A stretch of 64,000 bases of DNA from Chloroflexota bacterium (lineage in GTDB: Bacteria; Chloroflexota; UBA11872; VXOZ01), in NCBI GenBank assembly GCA_964291655.2, contig OZ219802.1, positions 1,216,001 through 1,280,000 of the forward strand, given 5' to 3'. Position numbers and translations under genes: made by a program. A model generated the notes under the pieces. It worked only from the letters and a program-made list of their open reading frames with translations. It ran no database searches and was not told where the DNA came from. This document shows positions 21,565-31,578 of this stretch, in pieces (positions within the stretch are counted from its first letter, which is position 1; each line of letters begins with the position of its first letter).

Positions 21565-22829
21565 TGTACAGACCGGGGACATAGGTAACAGATGTTCGGG
21601 TAGATAGGTTACACATTTTGTGCTCTGAGGTCTATGGTTTTTACTCTTTGGATCGAGAAGTACACGTCCCAGACACCGTCCGTTCGGGTGGGTCGCAGGG
21701 CGACTTGCTTGTGCGTGAAGGCCCTGCCCACACGGAGCCGTCTGCCTTGGAAGGAGATGCGGCCGGAGACATCGACGCTGCGTACGCGGTCGTCGGGAGC
21801 GTAGGCGAGGGCAGGCAAGGTCTCTGGGAAAGGGCGAGGACTAGGCGTGTATCTGGTAATGGGAGTGTCGAGATCGAGGGCATGGTGTGGGCGTTCCAAG
21901 TTGTAGAAGTGGCGCCAGGTGTCAAAGGCGCGCTGGCAATGGTCCAGGTCGGTAAAGGTGGTCCCTGCCAGCAGTTCGCTCTTGAGGGAGCGGTGGAAGC
22001 GTTCCAGCTTGCCGAGTGTCTGGGGATGGTAGGGTCGGCTGTGCAGGACGTTGATGCCCAGCTGCATGAGCCAGACGGTGAGGGGCGTGAAGGGCTGGGC
22101 ACTGTCGTTACCCCAGGGAGAGCCGTTGTCCATGAGCATGGCCTGGGGCAAGCCGTAGCGGCGAAAGACAGCGGTGAGGCGGTCTTGGACCGTCTCTCCC
22201 CGCTCGTTGGCACAGGCCTGTAACCCGAGGTTGAAGCGGGAGTGATCGTCTAGGAGGGTGAGAGGATGACAGCGGTTCTGCTGCATGACGAAATGTCCCT
22301 TGAAGTCCATCTGCCACAGCTCGTTGGGCTGGGGTCGTTCGAAGCGCACATGGGGCGTGTGCTTGGCGCTCTGGGCTGGATCGATGAGCCCATGGCGTTT
22401 GAGAATGGCATTGATGGTGCTCTTGGCCGGCACGTCGGTGACCCCCTGGTCCTGCAGCATTCTGCGCAGCACATGGGCGCCCTTCGTAGGATGCGCCAGA
22501 CGCAGCGCGATGATGCGTTCCTCCAGCGCCGGGCGCGTGCGGTGCGGACACGTGTGCGGCCGCCGCGACCGGTCGTGCAAACCGTCTTCGCCAGCTTTCG
22601 CATACCGCTCCAGCGTCTTGTACGCCGTCTTGCGACTGATCTCCAGACGGCGACACAGCTCGCTGATGTTGGCCCCTTCCATCAGTGCCAGTGCAATGAA
22701 CTCCTTGCGTTCAGACACAACCGTACTCTCCTTCCAAGGCATGGCGCTCCTCCATCTGTAAGAATCTCCATGCCTTAAGGTGTAACCTATGTGCCCGAAC
22801 ATGTGTAACCCATGTACCCGGTCTATACA
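21565..22829 (-). mobile_element. IS481 family insertion sequence (1265 bp)
   Basis: TGT...ACA ends with ~50-bp imperfect TIRs holding repeated TAGGTAACA/TAGGTTACA boxes; 6-bp direct repeat GGGGAG at 21559-21564 and 22830-22835. Confidence 0.93.
21609..22742 (-). CDS. IS481 family DDE transposase
   Basis: MPWKE start after GGAGGAG; HTH; PNELWQMDFKG, DDHSR, MDNGSPW, HPQTLGKLERFHRSLK, YNLERPH. Confidence 0.95.
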   Translation of the reverse strand: MPWKESTVVSERKEFIALALMEGANISELCRRLEISRKTAYKTLERYAKAGEDGLHDRSRRPHTCPHRTRPALEERIIALRLAHPTKGAHVLRRMLQDQGVTDVPAKSTINAILKRHGLIDPAQSAKHTPHVRFERPQPNELWQMDFKGHFVMQQNRCHPLTLLDDHSRFNLGLQACANERGETVQDRLTAVFRRYGLPQAMLMDNGSPWGNDSAQPFTPLTVWLMQLGINVLHSRPYHPQTLGKLERFHRSLKSELLAGTTFTDLDHCQRAFDTWRHFYNLERPHHALDLDTPITRYTPSPRPFPETLPALAYAPDDRVRSVDVSGRISFQGRRLRVGRAFTHKQVALRPTRTDGVWDVYFSIQRVKTIDLRAQNV

Positions 22830-23139
22830 GGGGAGAGGGTTGGGGTGAGGGGGTCTTTTTGCTACGATGGCCCTTTACGCTGGGCAGTGTCAAGACGTAT
22901 CAGGGCAGACTCGGTGTGCATATTGAGAGATTTCAGGAGAGCCACCCTCACCCTAGCCCTCTCCCGTCGAGGGAGAGGGAACTATTTCGCTACCGCTTGA
23001 GTTGCGCTGAGGTCTCCGATCGGTAGCGCAGGTTTGCAACCTGCGGCGTCTTGCCGAGATTGGATGAAAGCCGGCGCTCTTCCCCTCAATTGCGCCTGTA
23101 CTGACAGGCCCATTCTCACCCTGGCCCTTTCCCTGGAGA

Positions 23140-23287
23140 GGAAACCGTTGCGAAACTCTCTCCCCCCTAATTGGGCAAGGTCGAGATGGGGGCAAAGTAC
23201 GGCTTCACGGCAAGCAATCCCAAACTACCCCCGCCCCCGCCTGGATTCCGGCTTTCGCCGGCATGACGGAGTTATGCAATGGTCTCC
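23140..23287. mobile_element. MITE with GGA(A/G)ACC...GGTCTCC ends carrying a CGTC REP (related to family B)
   Basis: Starts GGAAACCGTTGCGAAAC and ends CTGGATTCCGGCTTTCGCCGGCATGACGGAGTTATGCAATGGTCTCC. Confidence 0.65.
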
Positions 23288-23316
23288 TGCTAAGCGAGGT
23301 GTTCTGCGCCCAGAGC

Positions 23317-24177
23317 TTACCACACGTCGCCAAAGCGCCGGCCGATCCAACGGAAGAGGAAGAGAGCGACAAATGTGGCAAGCACGAGCAGTGTGGCCAG
23401 CACGATGGCGGTCTGCAGGTCGGATTCCAACGCTGTCATGATCGCCAAGGGCATCGTCTGCGTGCGGCCGGTGAAGTTCCCCGCGAACATGATGGTGGCG
23501 CCGAATTCACCCAACGCCCGCGCCCAACTCAGCACGGCGCCACCGACAAGGGCAGGCCAGGCCAGAGGCACGGTCACGTAGCGCAACGTCTGCCAGGTTG
23601 AAGCGCCGAGCGTGACAGCAATCTCCTCCAGCTCCGGGTCAACGCGAGCAAAGCCAATCTTTGCCGAGCGCACGTAAAAGGGCGCTGCCACGAAGATTTG
23701 TGCCAACACCACCGCGAGCGTCGTAAAGGCAATGTCAATGCCGAGCGGGTGAAGCCATTGTCCCACCACTCCCAAGCGGCCGAACACCAGCAGGAGAGCA
23801 ACGCCCACCACCACCGGCGGCAGCGCCAACGGCACGTCTATGAATGTATCCAGGAGTCTTTTACCGGGAAAGGAACTCCGCGCGAGCAAGTAGGCGGTTG
23901 GCGTCCCGACCAGCACGATGATGAGGAGGGATGCCAGACTCGTCACAGCGCTCAGCCGCAGTGCGCTCGCCACAATAGGCTGCGTGATCTGCAGGAAGAG
24001 ATCTCCCGTCATGAAGGCGCGCACAGCTAAGGCGAACAGGGGCAGCGCCACGAAGATGGCGAAGAGAAGCGTAGGCACCAGAAAGAGCGCACGCAGGCCG
24101 GTGTCACTCCCTGTGGGGCGAGGGGTTTCGGATTCCCGCTTGCGCGGAAGTGAGGGCGGTAATGGCGAGCGGCTCAT
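23317..24177 (-). CDS. modB: Molybdate ABC transporter permease
   Basis: PLALPPVVVGVALL, APFYVR, ARALGEFGATIMFAGN...TQTMPLAI. Confidence 0.93.
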   Translation of the reverse strand: MSRSPLPPSLPRKRESETPRPTGSDTGLRALFLVPTLLFAIFVALPLFALAVRAFMTGDLFLQITQPIVASALRLSAVTSLASLLIIVLVGTPTAYLLARSSFPGKRLLDTFIDVPLALPPVVVGVALLLVFGRLGVVGQWLHPLGIDIAFTTLAVVLAQIFVAAPFYVRSAKIGFARVDPELEEIAVTLGASTWQTLRYVTVPLAWPALVGGAVLSWARALGEFGATIMFAGNFTGRTQTMPLAIMTALESDLQTAIVLATLLVLATFVALFLFRWIGRRFGDVW

Positions 24178-25022
24178 TGCGTCGCAACCGGTTGCAGTCC
24201 CGCCTGCCGCAAGATGTCCTGCGCCAGCGGCGACCGCGCGAATTCAATAAATCGCCGCGCGAGCGCTTTTCCATCCGATGCCGCCAGGAGCGCAATCGGA
24301 TACACCGCCTTGACGTTGGTGTGATCGGGGATGTCCAAGGTCACAACGTTGGCAGTCGACGCGGTGACGTCGCTCGCGTACACGAATCCCGCATCGGCTT
24401 CACCGAGCACCACTTTCGCGAGAACCTGGCGCACGTTGAGTTCCTCCGAACGGACGTTGGCGAGTACGGCTTCCTGAAAAGCGCTGCCGTAGACGGCTTC
24501 CGCGCTCAGGTTGGCAAGCACCTGGCGCGTGTATCGGCCCACAGGCACATTCTCCTGCGCCAGGACGATGCGCACACCGGGACGGGCAAGGTCGCGCAAG
24601 CCGGTCACATTCGCCGGGTTCGCTCTGGTAAGCGCCACGATGAGACGGTTCTCCGCAAGTATAGCGGGGTCCTCGGCCAATAGGCCCATATCCTGCAAAT
24701 GGTCCATGTGTACAGTGTCCGCGGAGGCAAAGACATCGGCTGCGGCGCCATGTTCGATTTGGGTGCGAAGTGTCTGCGAACCGGCAAAGTTGAATGCCAC
24801 CTTCACGTCGGCGTGCCCCGCCTCGAATTCCGCGCCGATGGCTGTAAATGCTGCCGTGAGCGATGATGCGGCATACACGACAAGTGTCGTCGTCTGCTTC
24901 GATGCGCAACCGGCCGCCAGCGCGGGCGGAGATAGGAGCAACGCGAGGGAGAGCAAAACTCTCCACAGCGGGGATGCCAATCGCAGAGGCTCATGACGGC
25001 TCGTGTGCACACATGTTCCCAC
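24174..25022 (-). CDS. modA: Molybdate ABC transporter substrate-binding lipoprotein (start uncertain)
   Basis: VYAASSLT, FNFAGSQTL..QIE.GA.ADVFASA, VPVGRY, GEADAGFVYASD. Confidence 0.93.
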   Translation of the reverse strand: MGTCVHTSRHEPLRLASPLWRVLLSLALLLSPPALAAGCASKQTTTLVVYAASSLTAAFTAIGAEFEAGHADVKVAFNFAGSQTLRTQIEHGAAADVFASADTVHMDHLQDMGLLAEDPAILAENRLIVALTRANPANVTGLRDLARPGVRIVLAQENVPVGRYTRQVLANLSAEAVYGSAFQEAVLANVRSEELNVRQVLAKVVLGEADAGFVYASDVTASTANVVTLDIPDHTNVKAVYPIALLAASDGKALARRFIEFARSPLAQDILRQAGLQPVATQ

Positions 25023-25156
25023 GTTCGCGACATTCTCCCAGGTCCGTGCATTGCAGCGCTCAATGCTGATTGGGCGTAGCTTAGGTCTAGGCCTTGCCTA
25101 GTAGTATAATAGTGCCAACGTTTGTTGGGTAAGGTCACCGCTAAGGAGAATCTCGC

Positions 25157-26173
25157 TTGGCAGTTGTGCTCGACGCCATGGGCGGCGATCAAGCCCCTCA
25201 GGCCATCGTCGCCGGAGCGGTACAAGCCTCGCGTTCCTCCACGCTGCCAACCATCCTGGTCGGACAACACGACGTCTTGGCCGCGGAGCTGCGCAAGCAC
25301 GATACTGCCGGACTGCCGCTGACCATTCACCACGCGCCGGATGTTATCAGCATGGACGACCACGCCACCGCCGTGCGCCAACGCCCGGAGTCATCCATCC
25401 GCGTTGCCTGCGAATTGGTCAAGAGTGGCGAAGGGCAAGCGCTGGTAAGCGCCGGCCACAGCGGGGCAACCATGGCGGCGTCGCTCATGGCATTCGGGCG
25501 CATTCCCGGCATCAGCCGACCGGCGCTCATCGCCCTCATTCCCGCTCGCATCTCGCACCCAACTCTCCTCATCGACATGGGGGCGAACGCCGATTGTAAG
25601 CCGCCTCAACTCCAACAATTCGGCCTCATGGGCAGCATCTATTCCGAGCAGGTATACGGCGTTCAGGACCCGAAGGTGGGCTTGCTCTCCATCGGCGAGG
25701 AGCCCGGCAAGGGCAACGAACTCTCCCTGGCAGCCCACGCGCTCCTGGAAGACGCACCGGTCAACTTCATCGGCAACATCGAGGGACACCACATCCTCTC
25801 TGAAACGGTAGACGTGGTGGTATGCGACGGGTTTGTTGGAAACATTGCGATAAAGACACTGGAAGGCGCTGCGGCATTCATAAGTTCGCTGCTCAAGACG
25901 GAGTTGCGCGCCAGCCCCCGCACCATGGTTGGGGCTGTACTGGCGCGTCCGGCTTTCAACCACGTCCGCACGCGCATGGACTATGAAGAGCTCGGCGGCG
26001 CGCCACTGGTGGGTCTGAACAACACCGTGATCATCGCCCACGGCCGCTCCAGCGCCAAAGCCATTACCAGCACCCTGCGCCTGGCTCACCAGGCAGTCGC
26101 CATGGATGTGACCGGCAAGATCAACCAGCGCGTGGCGGAATTGCTCACCAGTAGCGAGACTTCACCCGCGTGA
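25157..26173 (+). CDS. plsX: Phosphate acyltransferase
   Basis: LDAMGGD.AP, VSAGHSGA, IDMGANAD, IGEEPGKG, VCDGFVGNI..KT.EG, AHGRS. Confidence 0.96.
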   Translation: MAVVLDAMGGDQAPQAIVAGAVQASRSSTLPTILVGQHDVLAAELRKHDTAGLPLTIHHAPDVISMDDHATAVRQRPESSIRVACELVKSGEGQALVSAGHSGATMAASLMAFGRIPGISRPALIALIPARISHPTLLIDMGANADCKPPQLQQFGLMGSIYSEQVYGVQDPKVGLLSIGEEPGKGNELSLAAHALLEDAPVNFIGNIEGHHILSETVDVVVCDGFVGNIAIKTLEGAAAFISSLLKTELRASPRTMVGAVLARPAFNHVRTRMDYEELGGAPLVGLNNTVIIAHGRSSAKAITSTLRLAHQAVAMDVTGKINQRVAELLTSSETSPA

Positions 26174-26389
26174 GGGCACTGTACAGGGCATGGCACGGTA
26201 CGCCCGATCGTAGACGGAGCAGCCAACTATTCACTCGCGCCCACGGGAAGTTGTGCCTCTGTCAATTGGCGTAGCGCCGCACACTTTACGGTGAAGTAGA
26301 TTGGTGTCGACCACAAGCTAAGCGACTCTGCAATCACCTATCCAAGAGGCAGGGCCACGCGAAAGCGCACACACTAGTTGAATTTTGCC

Positions 26390-27001
26390 CTATGGGTTGC
26401 GGGCGATACTACGCCAGATGATGTCAACGGTCTCCTCGATCAGCTTCCTGGACTCCGGCACTCCCATCACGTGCCGCGCCAGTATCGACCCCACCATCGC
26501 ATGGATAGCGATGTCCAAGTCGGCATCCGCGCGTATCTCGCCGCGTTGGACGCCTCGTTGCAGAATCTTCATTCCTTCGTTTCTGCGGGGCTGCAACACT
26601 CGATCGCGAAACAACTCGAATAGCTCAGGGTTCCGCCGTTCCTCGACGAGCAGCGCGCCGAGCATGCCAAATGCCGGGCCGCGCGCGAACGCGGCTTGCG
26701 CCTGTACCAACATCTGAACCAGGTCATTGCGCGCGCTGCCCGTGTCCGGCGGCGGTCCCAATGAGTCCCGTAGGGAGGCTAAGGCGGCGGCGGCCAATTC
26801 CGCTTTGGTGGCGTAGCGCCGGTAGATGGCCGTCTTGCCGACCCCCGCTTCCGCCGCCACGCGCTCGATGGACGTGCCGGCATAGCCCCGGTCCGTCAGC
26901 ACGCGCAGCGTGGCTTGCAGGATGGCTCGGTCGACCTCCGGGTCTCGCGGCCGACCGGACCTAGTGTCCCGCTGCGCCGGTTTTCCGTCTGATGCTGTCA
27001 T
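26390..27001 (-). CDS. TetR/AcrR family regulator
   Basis: GRPRDPEVDRAILQAT...GYAGTSIERVAAEAGVGKTAIYRRY. Confidence 0.92.
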   Translation of the reverse strand: MTASDGKPAQRDTRSGRPRDPEVDRAILQATLRVLTDRGYAGTSIERVAAEAGVGKTAIYRRYATKAELAAAALASLRDSLGPPPDTGSARNDLVQMLVQAQAAFARGPAFGMLGALLVEERRNPELFELFRDRVLQPRRNEGMKILQRGVQRGEIRADADLDIAIHAMVGSILARHVMGVPESRKLIEETVDIIWRSIARNP

Positions 27002-27005
27002 CTTG

Positions 27006-28583
27006 CTATCTCTGTCGTGCGGCTTCTTGCGCGCTTGCCGGGACCTCTTCGGCGGAAGCCGCGCTTCTCTCCTGGGGCAGATGCCGTGCCGGCATGAAGC
27101 GGAAGATGAGAGTCGCGCCAATCAGCGCCGCACACGCCGAAATCAACACTGCCAAGCTTAGCGCATCGGTGAAGGCTATCTCTGCTGCTTTTGTCAAAGC
27201 GCCGGCAATGTTAGCGGGTAGCCTGGCGGCAATCCGGGAGGCCATGCCGACTGAGTCGCTGGCGGCTGCCGCGGCCTCCGGGGGCAAGCCGGCAACGGCG
27301 TCTTCCATGCTGCGGCCATACACCGTGTTTATGGCAGATCCGATAGTGGCCACTCCGAGGGCGCCCGCAACCTGGCGCGTGACGTCATTCATGGCTGAGG
27401 CCACTCCAGCGTTGGCTTCGGGAATAGCTCCCATCACGGCATCGGTGGCTGGCGCCATGGTATTGCCCATGCCAATCGCGAGAACAAACAGTGTCGTGCC
27501 GACAATCCAATACTCCGTGTCCGGCCCCCAAAACGCCAGCGTGGCCAACACCGCGGCCACCAGCAGGAGACCCAACGTCACGACCTTGTCCGTACCCAGT
27601 ATTGCCACCAGTCGATGGCTGTTTCCGGCCCCCACTACAATGCCCAGGGCCATGGGCACCAATCTCACACCGGCCTCCAGAGGCGTATAGCCTTGCACGA
27701 ATTGCAGGAATTGCGTCAGCCCAAACACCATGCCGAACATCGCAAAGAAAGCGATCGCGATCGCCCCCGCTCCCGCTGAAAAGCGCGGGTTACGGAAGAA
27801 CGCGAGGTTCAACATGGGGTGGTCCACCCTGAACTCCCACATGACGAATGCAACTGCCAGAATGCCGCCACCCGCAAAACAGCCCAAGACGAGGGTGTCG
27901 GTCCAACCGCGCGCCGGGGCTTCGATGATGGCGAACACGAGAGCGGTCACCGCGGCTATGGAAAGTATGGCGCCGAGAATGTCCACCGGCACGGGCTGCG
28001 GGTCACGGCTTTCCGGGATTACGAAGAGTCCACCCAAGAGTGCGAGCACGGCTATGGGAATGTTGATCAAGAAGATGGAACCCCACCAGAACTGCTCCAA
28101 AAGGATGCCACCGGTGAGCGGACCGAGACCTATGCCCAGTCCGGCAATGCCCGCCCAGATGCTGATCGCCCGCCCGCGCTCATCTCTGGGGAAGACGTCG
28201 ATGAGAATCGAGAGCGTCGACGGCATGATGAGAGCGCCACCGATACCCATTACGGCGCGCGCGGCAATGAGCTGTTCCACGGTCTCCGCGTAGGCCGCAA
28301 AGAGACTGGAAGCGCCAAATACGACGAGGCCCACCTGGAGCGCACGCTTACGGCCGAATCGGTCACCGAGCGATCCCATCGTAAGCAAGAGACCGGCGAA
28401 AACGAGAATGTACGCGTCAACCATCCATTGGAGGGACGTTGCCGATGCATCGAATTCTCGCTGCAAAGTGGGCAGGGCAACGTTGAGAATCGTGTTGTCC
28501 AAGCCAATGATGAGCAAGCTCATGGAGAGCAAGCCGAGGATCCACCACCGCCGCTGATATGTGGCTGACTGTGGTCCCCTCAT
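27006..28583 (-). CDS. DHA2 (EmrB/QacA) MFS efflux transporter
   Basis: LDNTILNVALP, LQWMVDAY, GSLGDRFGRK, WGSIFLINIP; 14-TM pattern. Confidence 0.93.
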   Translation of the reverse strand: MRGPQSATYQRRWWILGLLSMSLLIIGLDNTILNVALPTLQREFDASATSLQWMVDAYILVFAGLLLTMGSLGDRFGRKRALQVGLVVFGASSLFAAYAETVEQLIAARAVMGIGGALIMPSTLSILIDVFPRDERGRAISIWAGIAGLGIGLGPLTGGILLEQFWWGSIFLINIPIAVLALLGGLFVIPESRDPQPVPVDILGAILSIAAVTALVFAIIEAPARGWTDTLVLGCFAGGGILAVAFVMWEFRVDHPMLNLAFFRNPRFSAGAGAIAIAFFAMFGMVFGLTQFLQFVQGYTPLEAGVRLVPMALGIVVGAGNSHRLVAILGTDKVVTLGLLLVAAVLATLAFWGPDTEYWIVGTTLFVLAIGMGNTMAPATDAVMGAIPEANAGVASAMNDVTRQVAGALGVATIGSAINTVYGRSMEDAVAGLPPEAAAAASDSVGMASRIAARLPANIAGALTKAAEIAFTDALSLAVLISACAALIGATLIFRFMPARHLPQERSAASAEEVPASAQEAARQR

Positions 28584-28603
28584 AGCACACGCTCCCTTTA
28601 TAT

Positions 28604-28654
28604 TACGGTACCGTCTCGTATCTCTACACTAGCGCACGCTACCCGGCGTGTCAA
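28604..28654 (-). promoter_or_regulatory. Promoter and probable TetR operator of the MFS-tetR operon
   Basis: Minus strand TTGACA-17 bp-TAGTGT (28654-28626), followed by the imperfect palindrome TACGAGACGGTACCGTA (28620-28604). Confidence 0.65.
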
Positions 28655-28842
28655 GAACGTCTGGGAGGAACACGCGACTGGCCGGCCGATAGGCAGTCTT
28701 GTCTGCCGCCGGACCGGACAGGGCGATGAGAGCGTAGCGCCAGCGCTACGCCCAAGAATAGGGAAAGTATCTGACCTGTCCCCGCATAAGATCAAACTCA
28801 GACCAGGGCGAGGACAACCAATCGCGCCAGGTGGCTACACCT

Positions 28843-30615
28843 TCACACCCATGGGAATTGCAGCGTGGGCTGGTTGGCGTAGCGCTGCATGGTGAGCGTG
28901 ATGCGCTCGCCGGCGCCGGGCGCGAGGCGCACGACGAGGTGAGGACCGTTGACTTCGGTGGTAATGCCGCCGGCGGTAGCGCTGATAAACTGGTGCTCGG
29001 CGTACGCGCCGCCTTGCACGATAAGCGTGCGCTCTTCGACCGGATGGAGATTCACCAGATCCACACCAACCTCAGAGGCGGTCAGGTGGTCCACCAGGGC
29101 CGCGACGTCTTCCGGCAGTCCGGCGCGGCGACGGGCGGGATCGAAGTAGCGCAGGCGGCAATAGAGCGGGCCGCCTTCCCTGCCCGTGGGGAAGCCGCCG
29201 AGCGTGAGCCGGGTGAGCGCATCGGTAGTTGCCGGGTTTATGTGGTTCATGTCGTCAGAGAGCCGCGTATCCGGGGTGGTGGTATCCCGCCTCATCTTTT
29301 CGATGCGCTCGCGCACTGTCGCATAGTCGCGCTGCAGCGCTTCCACCGGATAGCCGGGGTTCTTGCCCGCCAGAAAGTCGTGCCAGGGATCGTCCGGCGC
29401 CCGCTCAAGGTCCTGCGGGTCCATGGACAAGTAGTATAACTCGCGCGCGCCGGCCGCGAACGGCGTCGGCTTGAAATCATACCAGCCTTCTTCTCCGTAG
29501 GTATCGCCGTACATGTGGGGATATGTGGGTGTGCCGTCCTCCAGCTTTGCATTGGCGTTTACGGCATCGAGCATGTTGCGCCAGACGGACAAGTAGCTTT
29601 GGTCGCCGGTCATGAGCAGCGCGTTGCCGAAGCCGTAGACGGCGCGTTGCTGCCACGCCGGACGGTGCGCGAGTTTGCCGGTGTTATGGTCGATGACAGA
29701 GAATCCCCAGCCGTAGACGCCGCCGTACCACTTGCCGTCGCAGGCGCCGCCGAGGGTGCCGTCCAGCCCGATATTCGTCGGGACGATGCCGTTGTTCGCC
29801 TTCGTGTGCGCCACCCAGCCGTCTACATAGCGCACGATCCAATCGCGATACTTGGCTTCGCCGGTGAGGGCGAAGGCGGTGAGGGCTACCGTGGTGACGG
29901 AGAGATTCAAGGGATGGTCGCCGGCCACGTCGTTGTAATCCCGGAAGTGATCGAGCATCTGGGCAAAGCTGTTCTCGCCATGCTTGGCGTCAAAGCGCCC
30001 CGCCACTTCGATGGGATCGCCGGCCCAGTCGAGCGCGGTTGACTTGCGCAGCATCGGCCCCCGGCTGCCGTTGAACATGCTGCGAATCACGTTGTGCTCC
30101 GGGTCGTAGTTCGGGGCCTGCGGATCCTCATCCATATAGAAGCCGGCGTAGCGGCGGATGCGCTGTTCGTAGAGGCTGTCCGCGGGATTGCTGAGCGGCT
30201 CCAGAATGAAGGGTGAAATCCACTCGCCGTGGTGCATCCAATCGAACATCACGGAAAACTCTTTGTAATACATGCCCTCACGGGCCATGGGCACGTACTC
30301 GGTCTTGGCCTCGGTATACTGGCGCAGGTGGCCATCCCAGCCCTGCTTGTACATGGTCAAAACGTCGTCAGACGCACCCAGGGCATGGAGCATGGGCCAA
30401 TTGAGCAGATTCTCACCGGCGTCATCGGGGCCGTCGTTGCCGCCCCAACGCGGAATGCAGACCAGGTAGCCCCGGTCGTCAAAATACTTCGCATAGAACG
30501 CCGCGCACGCCGCCTCCTGCGCCCGCAACAACTCTCGCTCCAACAACGCCCAATGCGGCGGGTCAAGCGGTGTGCTCAGGTATACTAAAGCAGAGCGACC
30601 ATCTGTACTGCTCAC
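28843..30615 (-). CDS. Conserved hypothetical protein (590 aa), possibly an (alpha/alpha)-barrel enzyme
   Basis: Long ORF with host codon usage, GGAGGAG RBS; W/D/H/E-rich motifs (WGGNDGPDD, FDWMHHGE, WYGGVYGWG). Confidence 0.75.
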   Translation of the reverse strand: MSSTDGRSALVYLSTPLDPPHWALLERELLRAQEAACAAFYAKYFDDRGYLVCIPRWGGNDGPDDAGENLLNWPMLHALGASDDVLTMYKQGWDGHLRQYTEAKTEYVPMAREGMYYKEFSVMFDWMHHGEWISPFILEPLSNPADSLYEQRIRRYAGFYMDEDPQAPNYDPEHNVIRSMFNGSRGPMLRKSTALDWAGDPIEVAGRFDAKHGENSFAQMLDHFRDYNDVAGDHPLNLSVTTVALTAFALTGEAKYRDWIVRYVDGWVAHTKANNGIVPTNIGLDGTLGGACDGKWYGGVYGWGFSVIDHNTGKLAHRPAWQQRAVYGFGNALLMTGDQSYLSVWRNMLDAVNANAKLEDGTPTYPHMYGDTYGEEGWYDFKPTPFAAGARELYYLSMDPQDLERAPDDPWHDFLAGKNPGYPVEALQRDYATVRERIEKMRRDTTTPDTRLSDDMNHINPATTDALTRLTLGGFPTGREGGPLYCRLRYFDPARRRAGLPEDVAALVDHLTASEVGVDLVNLHPVEERTLIVQGGAYAEHQFISATAGGITTEVNGPHLVVRLAPGAGERITLTMQRYANQPTLQFPWV

Positions 30616-30814
30616 TGAAACTCCTCCGTAAATGGACCTAAATGTCGTAGTGTAAACTCTTCCTTACGTGCTGCTGAGGACAAGTCTGTCACCATTGAAC
30701 CGATTTGGCAATGACAATCAGCTTAGGCACGAAGCAGAGCGCATGCGGCCCCACGTTGTGGCTGTCACTTAGACGCTGGTTCGCGGCACATAAACTGCAC
30801 ACCAAGGAAACACG

Positions 30815-31552
30815 ATGATACGCGGCGTAGTATTCGACCTGGACGGCACGTTGCTCGATCATGATGGCGCCGAACTGGCGGCGCTGTCCAAACTCTATCC
30901 CACGCTTCTCGACGGAGACGATGAACCGCGGCAGTGGCTTCCCTTCCCGGAGTTTGCCGCCGCGTGGCATGAAGCGGCGGAGCGTGGCTGGCAGCGCTAT
31001 GTGGCAGGTGAGTTGAGCTTTGCCGAACATCGCACCTGGCGGGTGCAGCAGGTAATAGCACTGCAAGACGAGACCGGAGCCGGTGGGCGACCGCTGTCGG
31101 AGCAAGAAGTGAGCGACATCTTCGATCGCTACCTTGCCATGTACGAAAAGAGTTGGTCGCTCTATCCTGACGTCTTACTCTGTCTGGAGGCGCTCGCAGC
31201 ATACCCTCTGGGTATGATTACCAACGGAGACGGCAAGCAACAGCGGCAGAAGCTTGACCAATTGGACATCGCTGAACGCTTTCGTTCCGTGCTCGTTTCC
31301 GGTGACGTCGGCGTTGCGAAACCGCAGCGGGAAATATTCGAGCGCAGTGCTGAAGAATTAGGATTCCATCCCAGCGAACTGCTATTCATCGGTGACAATC
31401 CAGAGAACGACGTGCGCGGAGCCATGCAGGCCGGCTGGCATGCTATCTGGCTGAACCGCACGGGCTCAGACCAGGAGGTCGCGGCACACATGGTCGATGA
31501 TCTTTCTGATATTCCGCGCTTGGTTGCCGGCGGCTCTCCACGCTTTCCGTGA
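30815..31552 (+). CDS. HAD superfamily hydrolase (YjjG-like)
   Basis: FDLDGTL, ITNG, KP, FIGDNPENDVRGA. Confidence 0.92.
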   Translation: MIRGVVFDLDGTLLDHDGAELAALSKLYPTLLDGDDEPRQWLPFPEFAAAWHEAAERGWQRYVAGELSFAEHRTWRVQQVIALQDETGAGGRPLSEQEVSDIFDRYLAMYEKSWSLYPDVLLCLEALAAYPLGMITNGDGKQQRQKLDQLDIAERFRSVLVSGDVGVAKPQREIFERSAEELGFHPSELLFIGDNPENDVRGAMQAGWHAIWLNRTGSDQEVAAHMVDDLSDIPRLVAGGSPRFP

Positions 31553-31578
31553 TCCTTTCCTCTAGCCACTCGACCATT

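Larger units (their letters stand above)
21510..23017. mobile_element. MITE family A (GGAGACCTTTGC...GGTCTCC ends, IS5-like), interrupted by IS481
   Basis: Removing 21565-22829 plus one GGGGAG restores a ~240-bp element matching 50414-50674. Confidence 0.8.

Noticed and set aside
22812-23441. Short ORFs across repeat regions (also 31562-32104 and 50233-50731)
   Set aside because: They are translations of MITE and REP sequence, with similar peptides in each copy and no RBS support.
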